Both the position numbers and the translations under genes were made by a program. A DNA stretch of 64,000 nucleotides from an uncultured Candidatus Saccharibacteria bacterium (GTDB lineage: Bacteria > Patescibacteriota > Minisyncoccia > UBA6257 > 2-01-FULL-56-20): the NCBI GenBank assembly GCA_964456235.1, contig CAYWDX010000002.1, positions 14,061-78,060 on the forward strand, given 5' to 3'. The notes beneath the pieces were generated by a model, which saw only the letters and a program-made list of their open reading frames with translations, had not been told where the DNA came from and did no database searches. This document shows positions 37,198 through 47,219 of the stretch, in pieces. Within the stretch, counting starts at the first letter, position 1; each line of letters opens with the position of its first letter.

Positions 37198-37825
37198 AAA
37201 ATTCCACCTCCTCACGGTCTTCCCGCAGATCGCCGGTTCCTATATACAGGAATCGTTTTTGAAACGGGCGCAAGAGAAAAAACTGGTAACGATCGTGTCG
37301 CACGACATCCGCAAATTTACCCGCGACAAACACAAGAAGGTGGATGATCGACCGTTTGGCGGGGGACCGGGCATGGTTCTAAAAGTCCAACCCATCGCCG
37401 ACGCCGTGAAGCAGATTATTTCGCGATCCAAAATTCCGGCAAAAAAGCGGCGCACCATTCTCTTTTCACTGCGCGGGAAGAAGCTGAATCACACCCTGGT
37501 GCGCCGACTGCTGCGCTACGATGAACTCATTCTTATTTGTGGCCGCTACGAAGGCGTTGACGAGCGCGTCGCGGAGCATGTTGCGGACGAAGAAATCTCG
37601 CTTGGCGATTTCGTGCTGTCGGGCGGCGAACTGCCGGCGCTCGTGTTGATTGAGGCGGTATGCCGCTACATCCCAGGATTTCTCGGCAAGCAGGAATCGC
37701 TCGAAGATATCAAGGGATCGTATCCAACCTATACTCGCCCAGAAAAAATCGGCCAGTGGAAGGTGCCAGGGGTGCTTTTGAGCGGTAACCATCGCAAAAT
37801 CGCCGAATGGCGACGCAAACATTAA
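37157..37825 (+). CDS. trmD: tRNA (guanine37-N1)-methyltransferase
   Basis: VDDRPFGGGPGMV, CGRYEGVDERV, GDFVLSGGE, YTRP. Confidence 0.96.
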   Translation: MTKKKKISQKRAGKKFHLLTVFPQIAGSYIQESFLKRAQEKKLVTIVSHDIRKFTRDKHKKVDDRPFGGGPGMVLKVQPIADAVKQIISRSKIPAKKRRTILFSLRGKKLNHTLVRRLLRYDELILICGRYEGVDERVAEHVADEEISLGDFVLSGGELPALVLIEAVCRYIPGFLGKQESLEDIKGSYPTYTRPEKIGQWKVPGVLLSGNHRKIAEWRRKH

Positions 37826-37879
37826 TGGTAAGGCAGCGGCTTTAGGAAAAATTTAACCCCGCTGCGCTAGTATTGCCGA

Positions 37880-38998
37880 ATGCATGAACGGTGGCACCCG
37901 GCCGATTTTGCGTTCGGAATCGCCCTTTCTTTTATCTGGGGCATTGCTATCGCAAGTTTCAATTTGCCAATGCCGATGATCGTCATTCCATCGCTTGTGG
38001 CAACGGCCAGTTCAATTACGATGGGCCGCGGTAGCTTGGCCGAAATAATAACTCTGCTCGTTACAACCGTTGGCGGAATTTTCTATTTCAATCACTATGC
38101 GCCGCGAACATTTCCAACCCTGCCCATTCAGGCATCATTTGCTTCGTTGAAGCGGATCTTTATCGCGAATATTTATACTGCGTTGCCCGACGATCAAGCC
38201 GCGCTCCTTGCCGGGATATTATTTGGCGATAAAACAAGCTTGCCTGCAACGTTAAAAACGGACCTCGGCGCATCCGGCGTGTCGCACCTCGTCGCGGTTT
38301 CCGGCTACAACATTAGCATTATATTGCTCACGGTCCGTCAAGTGTTAGGCAGATTTTTGAATCGCCGCAGGACGTTTTGGGGTGCCATCATTTTTCTTGG
38401 TGCATTCATGCTCATGATCGGCGTCCAGATATCTGCGATCCGCGCTTCGGTTATGGCGGTCTTCACGCTCGTCGCGCGCGAAATCGGGGAGCCATTTCAA
38501 ATGCGGAACCCGTTAGTATTTTGCGCGGTCGCCATGCTTCTTATTAATCCAACACTCATGGCGCAGAATATTGGATTTGTCCTTTCGTTCTCCGCAATAA
38601 TCGGCATCGTCTACCTCCGGCCCGCCCTCGTTTCGCTTTTCACTATCGAAACGCGCGGGTGGAAAGACGCCGCCACAACCAGCCTCTCTGCTGAATTAAT
38701 GATCTTGCCGATCGTAAGCGCTGCGTTTGGGAATCCCTCCGCACTATCGATTGCCGCAAACCTTCTCATCTTGCCAACGGTTCCGCTTGCCATGCTCCTT
38801 GGCGCCATGGTCATCGCTACAAAATGGGCGGCCCCATTGGTTGGACCGATCCTCATCTATCAACTTTTCATCATTCACGCCATCGCAAACGCAGGAATCC
38901 CAATTCCGTTGAAATTCAACAGGGCAGCGATTCTCGTCCTTTATTACGGCATAGTCGCGGCACTCATCATCTACTCGCACATCAGGAAGCGAGGATAG
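37880..38998 (+). CDS. comEC: ComEC/Rec2 competence channel (core domain only)
   Basis: GILFGD, HLVAVSGYN, SAIRA, GFVLSF, ANL. Confidence 0.85.
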   Translation: MHERWHPADFAFGIALSFIWGIAIASFNLPMPMIVIPSLVATASSITMGRGSLAEIITLLVTTVGGIFYFNHYAPRTFPTLPIQASFASLKRIFIANIYTALPDDQAALLAGILFGDKTSLPATLKTDLGASGVSHLVAVSGYNISIILLTVRQVLGRFLNRRRTFWGAIIFLGAFMLMIGVQISAIRASVMAVFTLVAREIGEPFQMRNPLVFCAVAMLLINPTLMAQNIGFVLSFSAIIGIVYLRPALVSLFTIETRGWKDAATTSLSAELMILPIVSAAFGNPSALSIAANLLILPTVPLAMLLGAMVIATKWAAPLVGPILIYQLFIIHAIANAGIPIPLKFNRAAILVLYYGIVAALIIYSHIRKRG

Positions 38999-39044
38999 AG
39001 ATCGCCGAAAGCCAGCAGCTTTCATTTTCTGCTATAATTTCCAT

Positions 39045-40037
39045 ATGCCGCACAAGGCCACATTCTTTAACTGCGCCCGATGGGGGAGCGATGCACAGTC
39101 CTATCTTATAAACAATCAAAAGTTGAAAGATGAGGGAATCGAAGTCGCGTTTGCCGAAGGAATCCTCAATAAAAACACCGTACCAACCGGCGATGCTCAA
39201 AATTTTGATATCTTAGGGGTTTTCATGGATTCGCAGGTAGATGCAGCGGTCATCAACGCGCTTCCTGGACTCAAGTTCATTGCAACACTTTCAACCGGAT
39301 ATGACCATGTTGACCTTAGAACCGCCGCCGCCCGCTCCATCCCGGTCTCCTCGGTTCCCGCGTACGGCGAAAACACCGTCGCCGAATTTGCATTTGCGCT
39401 CATACTCGCGCTCTCGCGCAAAATTCGCGAATGCAATGACCGCGTCAAAAATGAAATGAAATTTACAAGCGATGGGCTCACTGGTTTTGACCTCGCCGGT
39501 AAAACGATCGGCGTCATCGGCACCGGGCGCATTGGTAAGCATGCCGTGAGGATGGGGAAGGGATTCGGCATGAATGTGGTTGCCTATGACGTGTTCGAAG
39601 ATGCCGCATTCGCGAGTGAAACGGGCTTTCAATATCTTCCCCTGGAAGAACTGCTGAAACAGAGCGACGTGATCACCGTGCATTGCCCCTATCTTCCCTC
39701 AACGCATCATCTTATCAATCAGCAGAATATCAGCCTTGTGAAGCGCGGCGCTTATCTCATCAACACGGCGCGCGGCGCCATCGTTGAAACCGCCGCGATC
39801 GTGAATGCGCTTAAGTCCGGCCAGCTCGGAGGTGCGGGCCTCGACGTGCTCGAAGAAGAGGGCGACATGAAGGCCGGCGCCATGTCGCTCAATCGCGATC
39901 TCGTCATGATGCCGAATGTGATCGTGACGCCGCACAACGCCTTTAATACGCGCGAAGCATTTTTGCGCATCCTCGACACGACGATCGACAACATCGTTGC
40001 CTTCACAAAAGGAACGCCAACCAATGTCGTTCAATGA
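39045..40037 (+). CDS. D-2-hydroxyacid dehydrogenase (D-lactate dehydrogenase-like)
   Basis: STGYDHVD, GTGRIG, INTARG, LDVLEEE, TPHNAF. Confidence 0.9.
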   Translation: MPHKATFFNCARWGSDAQSYLINNQKLKDEGIEVAFAEGILNKNTVPTGDAQNFDILGVFMDSQVDAAVINALPGLKFIATLSTGYDHVDLRTAAARSIPVSSVPAYGENTVAEFAFALILALSRKIRECNDRVKNEMKFTSDGLTGFDLAGKTIGVIGTGRIGKHAVRMGKGFGMNVVAYDVFEDAAFASETGFQYLPLEELLKQSDVITVHCPYLPSTHHLINQQNISLVKRGAYLINTARGAIVETAAIVNALKSGQLGGAGLDVLEEEGDMKAGAMSLNRDLVMMPNVIVTPHNAFNTREAFLRILDTTIDNIVAFTKGTPTNVVQ

Positions 40038-41545
40038 CACTCCTCATTCGTGACGTACAGATTCTCGGTGGCGCACGAGCTTTTCCGGAGCCGGTTGATC
40101 TTTTTGTAAGCGGCGAAAAAATTTCTGCGATCGGGCATTTTCCCAATAAGCCTGCCGACGCGGTGCTCGATGGGCAAGGCGCTTATTTGAGCCCTGGATT
40201 TATTGACGTAAACACTGATTCCGACCACTACCTCTCGCTTTTCGAACATCCAAGCCAGGAAGATTTTTTGCGCCAGGGCGTCACCACTATTTTTGGCGGT
40301 ATGTGCGGCGCGTCGCTCGCACCCCTTTTATATGGCGGCCTCGAATCGCTTCGAAAGTGGACCGATCCAAACCGGATAAACGTAAGTTGGCACACCCTGA
40401 GCGAGTTTTTGAAAGAACTGGACCGACACCCGCTCGGCGTCAATTTTGGAACGCTCGCCGGGCACGCAACCATTCGGCGCGCCATACTGGGCGACGCGGA
40501 ACGAGATCTTACTAAAAATGAGCTCGGGGTTCTTGCGGAAACGCTCGAGCACGCGCTCGAAGATGGCGCGTTCGGATTTTCCACAGGCCTCGCGTATCTC
40601 CACGCCCGGAAGGCAGGTTATGCCGAACTGAAAATATTAGCTGATCTTACCAAGCGATTTAACGGCATCTACGCGACGCACCTGCGAGATGCGGGGGAGG
40701 GGATCAGCGATGCCGTCCAGGAAACAAAAAAACTGGCCGACGATTCGAGGGTGAAAACGCTCATCAGCCATTTTGTTCCTCTCCTGGGAACGGAAAAAAA
40801 ATACGCCAGCGCTCTCGCTGCGATCAACGCAACGCCGGCGGCGAAAAATTTCCGCTTTGATATTTATGCATCATCGAGCACCCTCCACCCGATCTATACG
40901 TTCTTGCCTCAATGGGCGCAGGCCGGCGGCGCCTCGGTCATGCTCGCCAATGTCCGCGACGAGTGGTATGTGCGCCGCATGAAAAATGACATGCCGCTCC
41001 TTGATGAAAATAATTTCGTCGTTGCCGAGGCGCCCGATGCCGATTTCTTAGTTGGTAAATCGCTTGCCGAGATTAAAGAGATGTACGAATTGAAAGATAG
41101 TCGCGACGCACTTTTGAAATTGATGGCTGTCATGCAGATGCGTGGCGGGGCGCTCTATAAAGAAGTGGCGACCGATCTTTCGCGCCGCGCCATGAAAAGC
41201 GCGCACAGCTTCATCGCTTCAAATGCGCCGAGTTTTTCCGAATACACGACGGTCGGGCGGCGATTGAAATCTGAACGCAGCACCCGCACCTTCACCGATT
41301 TTTTGGGCCTGGTCCAGAATGAAAAATTGCTCTCCCTCGAAAAGGCGGTTTCGAAACTCACGAGTGAACCGGCGCGCTTTTTCGGCCTGCCGCAGCGCGG
41401 CATGATTGTCGAGGGATACATCGCGGATCTCACCTGCTTTAAGGGCAATGAGATCAAATTCACAATCGTGAACGGTCGCGTGGCGGTCGAAGCCGGGGAA
41501 TTTAAAAATATTCTTGCGGGCAAAGCGCTTCGCCGCCATGGCTAA
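40034..41545 (+). CDS. N-acyl-D-amino-acid deacylase-like amidohydrolase (degenerate active site)
   Basis: PGFIDVNTDSD, QGVTT, GMCG, GFSTGL, YATHLRD, RGMIVEGYIADL. Confidence 0.8.
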   Translation: MTLLIRDVQILGGARAFPEPVDLFVSGEKISAIGHFPNKPADAVLDGQGAYLSPGFIDVNTDSDHYLSLFEHPSQEDFLRQGVTTIFGGMCGASLAPLLYGGLESLRKWTDPNRINVSWHTLSEFLKELDRHPLGVNFGTLAGHATIRRAILGDAERDLTKNELGVLAETLEHALEDGAFGFSTGLAYLHARKAGYAELKILADLTKRFNGIYATHLRDAGEGISDAVQETKKLADDSRVKTLISHFVPLLGTEKKYASALAAINATPAAKNFRFDIYASSSTLHPIYTFLPQWAQAGGASVMLANVRDEWYVRRMKNDMPLLDENNFVVAEAPDADFLVGKSLAEIKEMYELKDSRDALLKLMAVMQMRGGALYKEVATDLSRRAMKSAHSFIASNAPSFSEYTTVGRRLKSERSTRTFTDFLGLVQNEKLLSLEKAVSKLTSEPARFFGLPQRGMIVEGYIADLTCFKGNEIKFTIVNGRVAVEAGEFKNILAGKALRRHG

Positions 41546-42647
41546 CGTTCACGCCCGCGGCGGCCACCAGCCCGATTATTTCTTTCTCGCCACGGTCATT
41601 GTTCTCACCATTTTTGGGTTAGCGATGCTCGCCTCGGCATCGTCCAATCTTGGCAAGATCAGCTTTAACGACACCTATTATTATCTGAAGCACCAAATCC
41701 TCTACGGCCTTTCGTTCGGCGCCATTGGGTTCTCGGTCGGCTATTTTATTTACTATCAAACGTGGAAAAAATTTGCATTCATCTTATTGCTGCTAAGCGT
41801 CGTTGCGCTTGTTCTAGTATTTACGCCGCTGGGGCTCCAGGCGAGGAACACGAGCCGCTGGCTGCGCCTGGGACCTTTGAGTTTCCAGCCCGCAGAATTA
41901 ATGAAATTGACCCTGATTCTTTATTTGGCAGCATGGCTTTCTAATACAAAACTAAAACGCTCAAGTGATTTCCAGACCGGCCTGTTGCCGCTCATCATTA
42001 TTCTCGGAGTAATCGGGGCGCTCCTCATTATGCAACCAGCAACAAGCACCGTCGTCATTCTCATGATTTCCGGCCTCATCGTTTATTTCATGAGCGGGGC
42101 ACCGATCCGCTATATTCTTTTAATTTTAGTTGGCGGCGCGGTCATCATCGCCGGCGTCATTTATGTGACGCCCTACCGAAAAGCGAGAATCTTGGGATAC
42201 CTCAACCAAAGCGCCGATACGCAAGGAAAAAATTATCAACTGAACCAGTCACTCATCGCGATTGGCTCGGGAGGTATCGCGGGCGTGGGATACGGGCAGT
42301 CCGCAACCAAAACAGGATCATTGCCGACGCCGATCGACGACTCAATTTTTGCGGTGGTAGGGGAGGAGCTTGGATTCATTGGGGCCGGCTTCCTTATCGC
42401 ACTGTTTGCGATGTTCGCTACCCGGCTCTATTGGCTTTCCATGAAAATAAGCGATCGTTTCGGTAAATATCTCCTCATCGGCTTTGCGACGGTGATCGCA
42501 TTGCAGGCATTTGTAAACATGGCGGCGACTTCCGGCCTCATCCCGCTTACCGGAGTCCCTCTGCCGTTTGTAAGTTATGGCGGCACCGCACTTGCGATAT
42601 TCTTAACAATGAGCGGAATTTCCCTTAACATTTCCCGACATGCTTAG
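41538..42647 (+). CDS. ftsW: SEDS peptidoglycan polymerase
   Basis: RWLRLG, FQPAELMK, DSIFAVVGEELG, IPLTGVPLPFVSYGG; precedes murG. Confidence 0.92.
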   Translation: MANVHARGGHQPDYFFLATVIVLTIFGLAMLASASSNLGKISFNDTYYYLKHQILYGLSFGAIGFSVGYFIYYQTWKKFAFILLLLSVVALVLVFTPLGLQARNTSRWLRLGPLSFQPAELMKLTLILYLAAWLSNTKLKRSSDFQTGLLPLIIILGVIGALLIMQPATSTVVILMISGLIVYFMSGAPIRYILLILVGGAVIIAGVIYVTPYRKARILGYLNQSADTQGKNYQLNQSLIAIGSGGIAGVGYGQSATKTGSLPTPIDDSIFAVVGEELGFIGAGFLIALFAMFATRLYWLSMKISDRFGKYLLIGFATVIALQAFVNMAATSGLIPLTGVPLPFVSYGGTALAIFLTMSGISLNISRHA

Positions 42648-42660
42648 AAATTTTTAATCT

Positions 42661-43800
42661 ATGGCTAACGATCAAGAAATTTCGGTGGTAGCCTTCGCCG
42701 GCGGCGGGACCGGCGGGCATGTATATCCCACGCTCGCCGTCATTGAATCACTCAAGAAAAAAATGGCCGATCTTGGGGCGCCGCTTCGCTTGGTTCGCTT
42801 TGGCCCAAAAGATGGGTATGAAACCCTATTCGAGAACCAGGGCGTTCACATAGCGTCGATCGTCGCCGGGAAAATAAGGCGATATGCATCGTTCCAGAAT
42901 ATTCTCGATCTTCCCAAATTTTTTATAGGACTCATTGAGGCGTTTATAAAAGTCTTTTGGATCATGCCGGAAGTAATTTTTTCGAAGGGCGGCACCGGCG
43001 CCTTGCCAGTAATCATCGCGGGGTGGTTCTATCGCATACCGATCATCATTCACGAATCGGACGCCCATCCGGGTCTCACCAATTTAGTATCTTCGCGATT
43101 TGCGAAAAAAATTTACGCGAGCTTTGAAGCGGCGGCGAATTATTTTCCAGTGCAAAAAACCGAGGTGATCGGGACGCCGGTGCGCGATGAATTGCAGGCG
43201 AAACAAACGACGAAGGAGTTGGCCAAAGAATCCCTCGGGTTTGACCCAAAACTCCCGCTCGCGCTTATTCTCGGGGGATCGCAAGGCTCAATGCGAATAA
43301 ACGAATTCATTCTGGGGCATGCCGGCGAACTGCTCGGCGTCACTCAAGTATTGCATCAGACCGGGAATGCGAATCTAACGGACGTGCAACGCCTCTCGCA
43401 CGCAGCCACCATTGACGAGTCGTACCGCAACCGATACCAAGCCGTAGGATATTTGACCAACAACATGAATCTCGCACTCACCGCCGCTGACCTCGTCGTG
43501 ATGCGGGCGGGGAGCAGCAGTATTTTTGAAGTGGCGGCTTTCGGCGTACCCGCCATTCTCATCCCACTCGCCGAATCCGCAAACGATCATCAACGGGCGA
43601 ACGCCTATGATTTTGCGAAGAGCGGCGGGGGAGTCGTCATTGAAGAGTCAAATTTATTGCCCGGAATATTCATGAGCCAACTTAAGAATATTTTAATGAA
43701 TGATGCGGTCTGGCAAAAAATGGCGCACGCATCAGCAAGATTTTTTATTCCAGGCGCAGCCGATAAAATTGCGCTGGAAATTATCGAGAATTTGAAGTAA
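42661..43800 (+). CDS. murG: Lipid II GlcNAc transferase
   Basis: GGGTGGHVYP, HESD, GGSQGS, RAG, HQRANA. Confidence 0.95.
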   Translation: MANDQEISVVAFAGGGTGGHVYPTLAVIESLKKKMADLGAPLRLVRFGPKDGYETLFENQGVHIASIVAGKIRRYASFQNILDLPKFFIGLIEAFIKVFWIMPEVIFSKGGTGALPVIIAGWFYRIPIIIHESDAHPGLTNLVSSRFAKKIYASFEAAANYFPVQKTEVIGTPVRDELQAKQTTKELAKESLGFDPKLPLALILGGSQGSMRINEFILGHAGELLGVTQVLHQTGNANLTDVQRLSHAATIDESYRNRYQAVGYLTNNMNLALTAADLVVMRAGSSSIFEVAAFGVPAILIPLAESANDHQRANAYDFAKSGGGVVIEESNLLPGIFMSQLKNILMNDAVWQKMAHASARFFIPGAADKIALEIIENLK

Positions 43801-43810
43801 ACTGGCCATC

Positions 43811-45226
43811 ATGAATGCCCCGCGCGTCCGCATGGCGCCAAGCCCAACCGGCCCCTTCCACATCGGAAGTGCCCGGACGGCGCTCTTTAATTGGTTGTTC
43901 GCTCGACAGCACGGCGGCACGTTTGTGCTGCGCATTGAAGACACAGATCGGGCGCGGTCAGAGAACCGCTACGAAAAGGACATTCTCGATGGATTAACAT
44001 GGCTCGGCATCACCTGGGATGAGGGGCCCCATCGACAAAGCGAACGCACCAATATTTATAAAAGACATTTAGAGCAACTCCTTGCGAAGGGCGATGCTTA
44101 CTATTGTTATTGTTCCAAAGAGGAATTAGAAGCACAACGCGATGCGATGGTGTCGCAGGGTCTGCCGCCCCGCTACAATGGCCGTTGTCGAAATTTGGCT
44201 GCACCGCCGCACGGAAAAAGCCCCGAGGTGATCCGTTTCAAAGTTCCAGAAACCACAATTACGTTCCACGACATTATTCGGGGCAAGGTGAGCTTCGATG
44301 CCGGACTGTTTGGCGACATCGTCATTGCAAAAAATTTAGAAACGCCGCTCTATAATTTCACCGTGGTGGTTGACGATGAACTCATGAATATTTCGCACGT
44401 CATACGCGGCGAAGATCATCTTTCCAACACGCCGAAGCAGATTTTATTTCAACGAGCGCTCGGGTTTACGGAGCCGCAATACGCGCACATCCCACTCATA
44501 TTAAATCCAGACCGCAGTAAAATGTCGAAGCGATTTTCGGACACGGCGCTCAGTGAATATCGAGAGCGCGGGTATCTGCCCGATGCGACGATAAATTTTT
44601 TGGCGCTCCTTGGGTGGCATCCGAAAGGCGATCGGGAAATTATGTCGCGGGACGAATTGATCAAGGAATTTGACCTAAAACGCGTCCAGGTTGCAGGTGC
44701 GGTTTTCAATCAAGAAAAAATGGATTGGCTTAACCGCGAATACTTAAAGCAGCTCGACGAAGATGAATTAGTAAGTCTCGCGCGGCCATTCATAGAGAAG
44801 GTTCACGGCAGTGCCGGCCATCCCCCCAATGAAGATTTCATTAAAAAACTCATCGCGGTCGAGCGGGGGAGGGCTTCCAGGTTGAGTGATTTTGCCAAAC
44901 TGGGTGGATTCTTTTTTACACTGCCAGCGTATGACGCAAAACTGTTAATCTGGAAAGATAGTACCGCACCGGAAGCGCGCGAGATCCTTACTGAACTTGT
45001 TAAACAATTTGAAACAGTAAGCGGAGCAGATTTCACACGTGATAGCATTGCGTCGATGATCACTATGGCTGTAGAAAAAGGGAGAAAAAGGGGAGTAGTC
45101 CTTTGGCCGTTGCGCGTCGCCCTGTCTGGTCTCGCGGCATCGCCCGACCCACTCGACATCGCAACCGTTCTTGGGAAAAAAGAATCCGAGCGGCGCATCG
45201 CGCTTGCGATCGAGAAATTGAAATAG
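43811..45226 (+). CDS. gltX: Glutamate-tRNA ligase
   Basis: RMAPSPTGPFHIG, LRIEDTD, HVIRGEDH, KMSKR. Confidence 0.97.
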   Translation: MNAPRVRMAPSPTGPFHIGSARTALFNWLFARQHGGTFVLRIEDTDRARSENRYEKDILDGLTWLGITWDEGPHRQSERTNIYKRHLEQLLAKGDAYYCYCSKEELEAQRDAMVSQGLPPRYNGRCRNLAAPPHGKSPEVIRFKVPETTITFHDIIRGKVSFDAGLFGDIVIAKNLETPLYNFTVVVDDELMNISHVIRGEDHLSNTPKQILFQRALGFTEPQYAHIPLILNPDRSKMSKRFSDTALSEYRERGYLPDATINFLALLGWHPKGDREIMSRDELIKEFDLKRVQVAGAVFNQEKMDWLNREYLKQLDEDELVSLARPFIEKVHGSAGHPPNEDFIKKLIAVERGRASRLSDFAKLGGFFFTLPAYDAKLLIWKDSTAPEAREILTELVKQFETVSGADFTRDSIASMITMAVEKGRKRGVVLWPLRVALSGLAASPDPLDIATVLGKKESERRIALAIEKLK

Positions 45227-45268
45227 TCCTAAACGAAAGCACGGCCGGCGGGTGGTATAATGAAGCTC

Positions 45269-45670
45269 ATGAGAAGAGTTGTCGTCGGACTTTTCATGGG
45301 AATTATTTTGGTTGCGATTGCCGGACAAGCGCACGCCTATTCAGTCAATAGCTCGGTAGCCGGGCAAAGTTCGCTCAATAACCCGGATTTCACCCAGCTA
45401 TTCACACCAGTCCAAAATTTCTTTAATAGCATCCGGTCTGTACAAGGGACACAGCTCGTGCCACGCCTAAACACCACAAACCTGATTGCACTGCCACCGC
45501 TACCAACGGCACCCGGGCTGCTTCAAGGAATTCTTGAACAATTCGACGCCTGGTTCTACGGCATCGCCGGATTTCACATTCTTGAGTTGTTCGCAATAAT
45601 TCTTAGTGCGTTGTCATGGATATTACGCATTGTCCAGAATATAGTGAACTGGTTGGTCCAGGCACTATAA
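45269..45670 (+). CDS. Hypothetical exported/membrane protein
   Basis: Signal peptide (AHA), C-terminal hydrophobic helix; TATAAT overlaps ATG 45260, so 45269 is preferred. Confidence 0.65.
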   Translation: MRRVVVGLFMGIILVAIAGQAHAYSVNSSVAGQSSLNNPDFTQLFTPVQNFFNSIRSVQGTQLVPRLNTTNLIALPPLPTAPGLLQGILEQFDAWFYGIAGFHILELFAIILSALSWILRIVQNIVNWLVQAL

Positions 45671-45811
45671 AAAAAGAAGGGCTGGCTAGGAGCGCGGTAT
45701 CTATTATTTAATATATCCTTATATGACGCAAAATCTATGTTGTGCGACAGATAAGATCTTGAGACTATCACACTTCCCCGATAACTTCCTTAATGCTCAA
45801 TAAATAAATAA

Positions 45812-47170
45812 ATGAAGCGCGCGTATTTCATTGGCATCGGCGGCATCGGCATGAGTGCTTTGGTCCGCTATTTTAAATCCCAGAAATGGGCTGTTTCCGG
45901 GTCAGATTCTACCTCAAGCCTGATTACCCGCCAGCTCTCAAAAGATGGCATAAAAGTCAAAATTGGCCAAAAGAAGACCCATCTCCCCCGCCTAATAGAC
46001 TTGGTGGTCATCAGCCAGGCCATTCGAGCTAATAATCCTGACCTAAAAGAGGCGCGCCGGCGTAGCGTTCGGGTGCTTGCCTACCCCGAAGCGGTCGGTG
46101 AGCTAACCGAACAGTACAAAACAATCGCCATCGCCGGCGCGCACGGAAAGAGCACAACGACCGCACTTGCGGCAATTATTTTAGCCAAGAATGGAATTGA
46201 TCCGACCGTCATCGTTGGGACCAATGTGCGGGAATTTGGTAATCGTAATTTTCGCGCGAACCGCAACGGAGGCGCAAAAAAGGATGGCTACCTCGTCCTC
46301 GAAGCGGATGAATTTGGGAAGGCCTTTTCGCACTACTCGGCTACCATTGCCGTCGTTCGCAACATTGACCGCGAACATCTCGACACCTATGGGACGCTCG
46401 GCGGTGTCAAGCGCGCCTTCATAAAATTTTTAGAAAATATTGCAAGCGGCGGTGCGCTCATCTTGAATCGCGACGATAAAAATCTCCGGTCGTTGCGCCC
46501 CGCGATCGCCGCAATTGAAAAACGCAAAGGCGTCCGCGTGATATGGCATTCGAATCGCGGCACGACGGCTGCAAAAATTCGGCGCGTCATCCAGGTTCCC
46601 GGCGAGCACAATGTTTCAAATGCCGTAGCCGCCTATAAGGTGGCACGGGTACTGGGCATCCCCCATCGAAATATTTTGGCCGCGATCAAAACTTATAAGG
46701 GCTCGTGGCGGCGCATGGAATATCGTGGAAAATTTGGTGAAGCGCTCGTTTATGACGATTATGCCCACCACCCAACCGAAATCAAAACAACGCTAAAAGC
46801 GTTTCGCGATAAGTATCCTAAAAAGCGGATTCTGTGCATATTCCAGCCGCATCTTTCGAAACGGCTTGAGTCGGTTTTCAAGGAATTCACGCGAGCGTTC
46901 GATGATGCAGATGAAACTCTTATCCTCCCAATTTATAAAGTCGCTGGACGACACACGGCGCCGGGACGCTACGATTCAGCGGCCCTCGTGCACGCGATTC
47001 AGAAAGAACAGCCGCGCAAATCACTATTTTATTTAGAGAACCCAAAAAATCTCGCGCGGGCCATTCGAGCGTTAAGCGATCCGCGCGGGCACTCCCCCCT
47101 TTCGAATAAGGTGATCGTTATGATGGGCGCCGGTGACATTTTTGAACTCACCGATAAACTGGTTGGCTAG
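45812..47170 (+). CDS. murC: UDP-N-acetylmuramate--L-alanine ligase
   Basis: GIGGIGMS, GAHGKSTTT, EADE, DDYAHHPTEI, FQPH, MGAGD. Confidence 0.95.
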   Translation: MKRAYFIGIGGIGMSALVRYFKSQKWAVSGSDSTSSLITRQLSKDGIKVKIGQKKTHLPRLIDLVVISQAIRANNPDLKEARRRSVRVLAYPEAVGELTEQYKTIAIAGAHGKSTTTALAAIILAKNGIDPTVIVGTNVREFGNRNFRANRNGGAKKDGYLVLEADEFGKAFSHYSATIAVVRNIDREHLDTYGTLGGVKRAFIKFLENIASGGALILNRDDKNLRSLRPAIAAIEKRKGVRVIWHSNRGTTAAKIRRVIQVPGEHNVSNAVAAYKVARVLGIPHRNILAAIKTYKGSWRRMEYRGKFGEALVYDDYAHHPTEIKTTLKAFRDKYPKKRILCIFQPHLSKRLESVFKEFTRAFDDADETLILPIYKVAGRHTAPGRYDSAALVHAIQKEQPRKSLFYLENPKNLARAIRALSDPRGHSPLSNKVIVMMGAGDIFELTDKLVG

Positions 47171-47219
47171 CGGTGCGCCATGACTCCTTTTTCTTCTGGC
47201 ATTTTGTTAAAATTCCTCT

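Noticed and set aside
45706-45733. dif-like site (minus-strand ATATATTAAAT is 9/11 to the XerD arm)
   Set aside because: The XerC arm does not fit with a 6-bp spacer and the region is AT-rich; needs GC-skew/terminus data.
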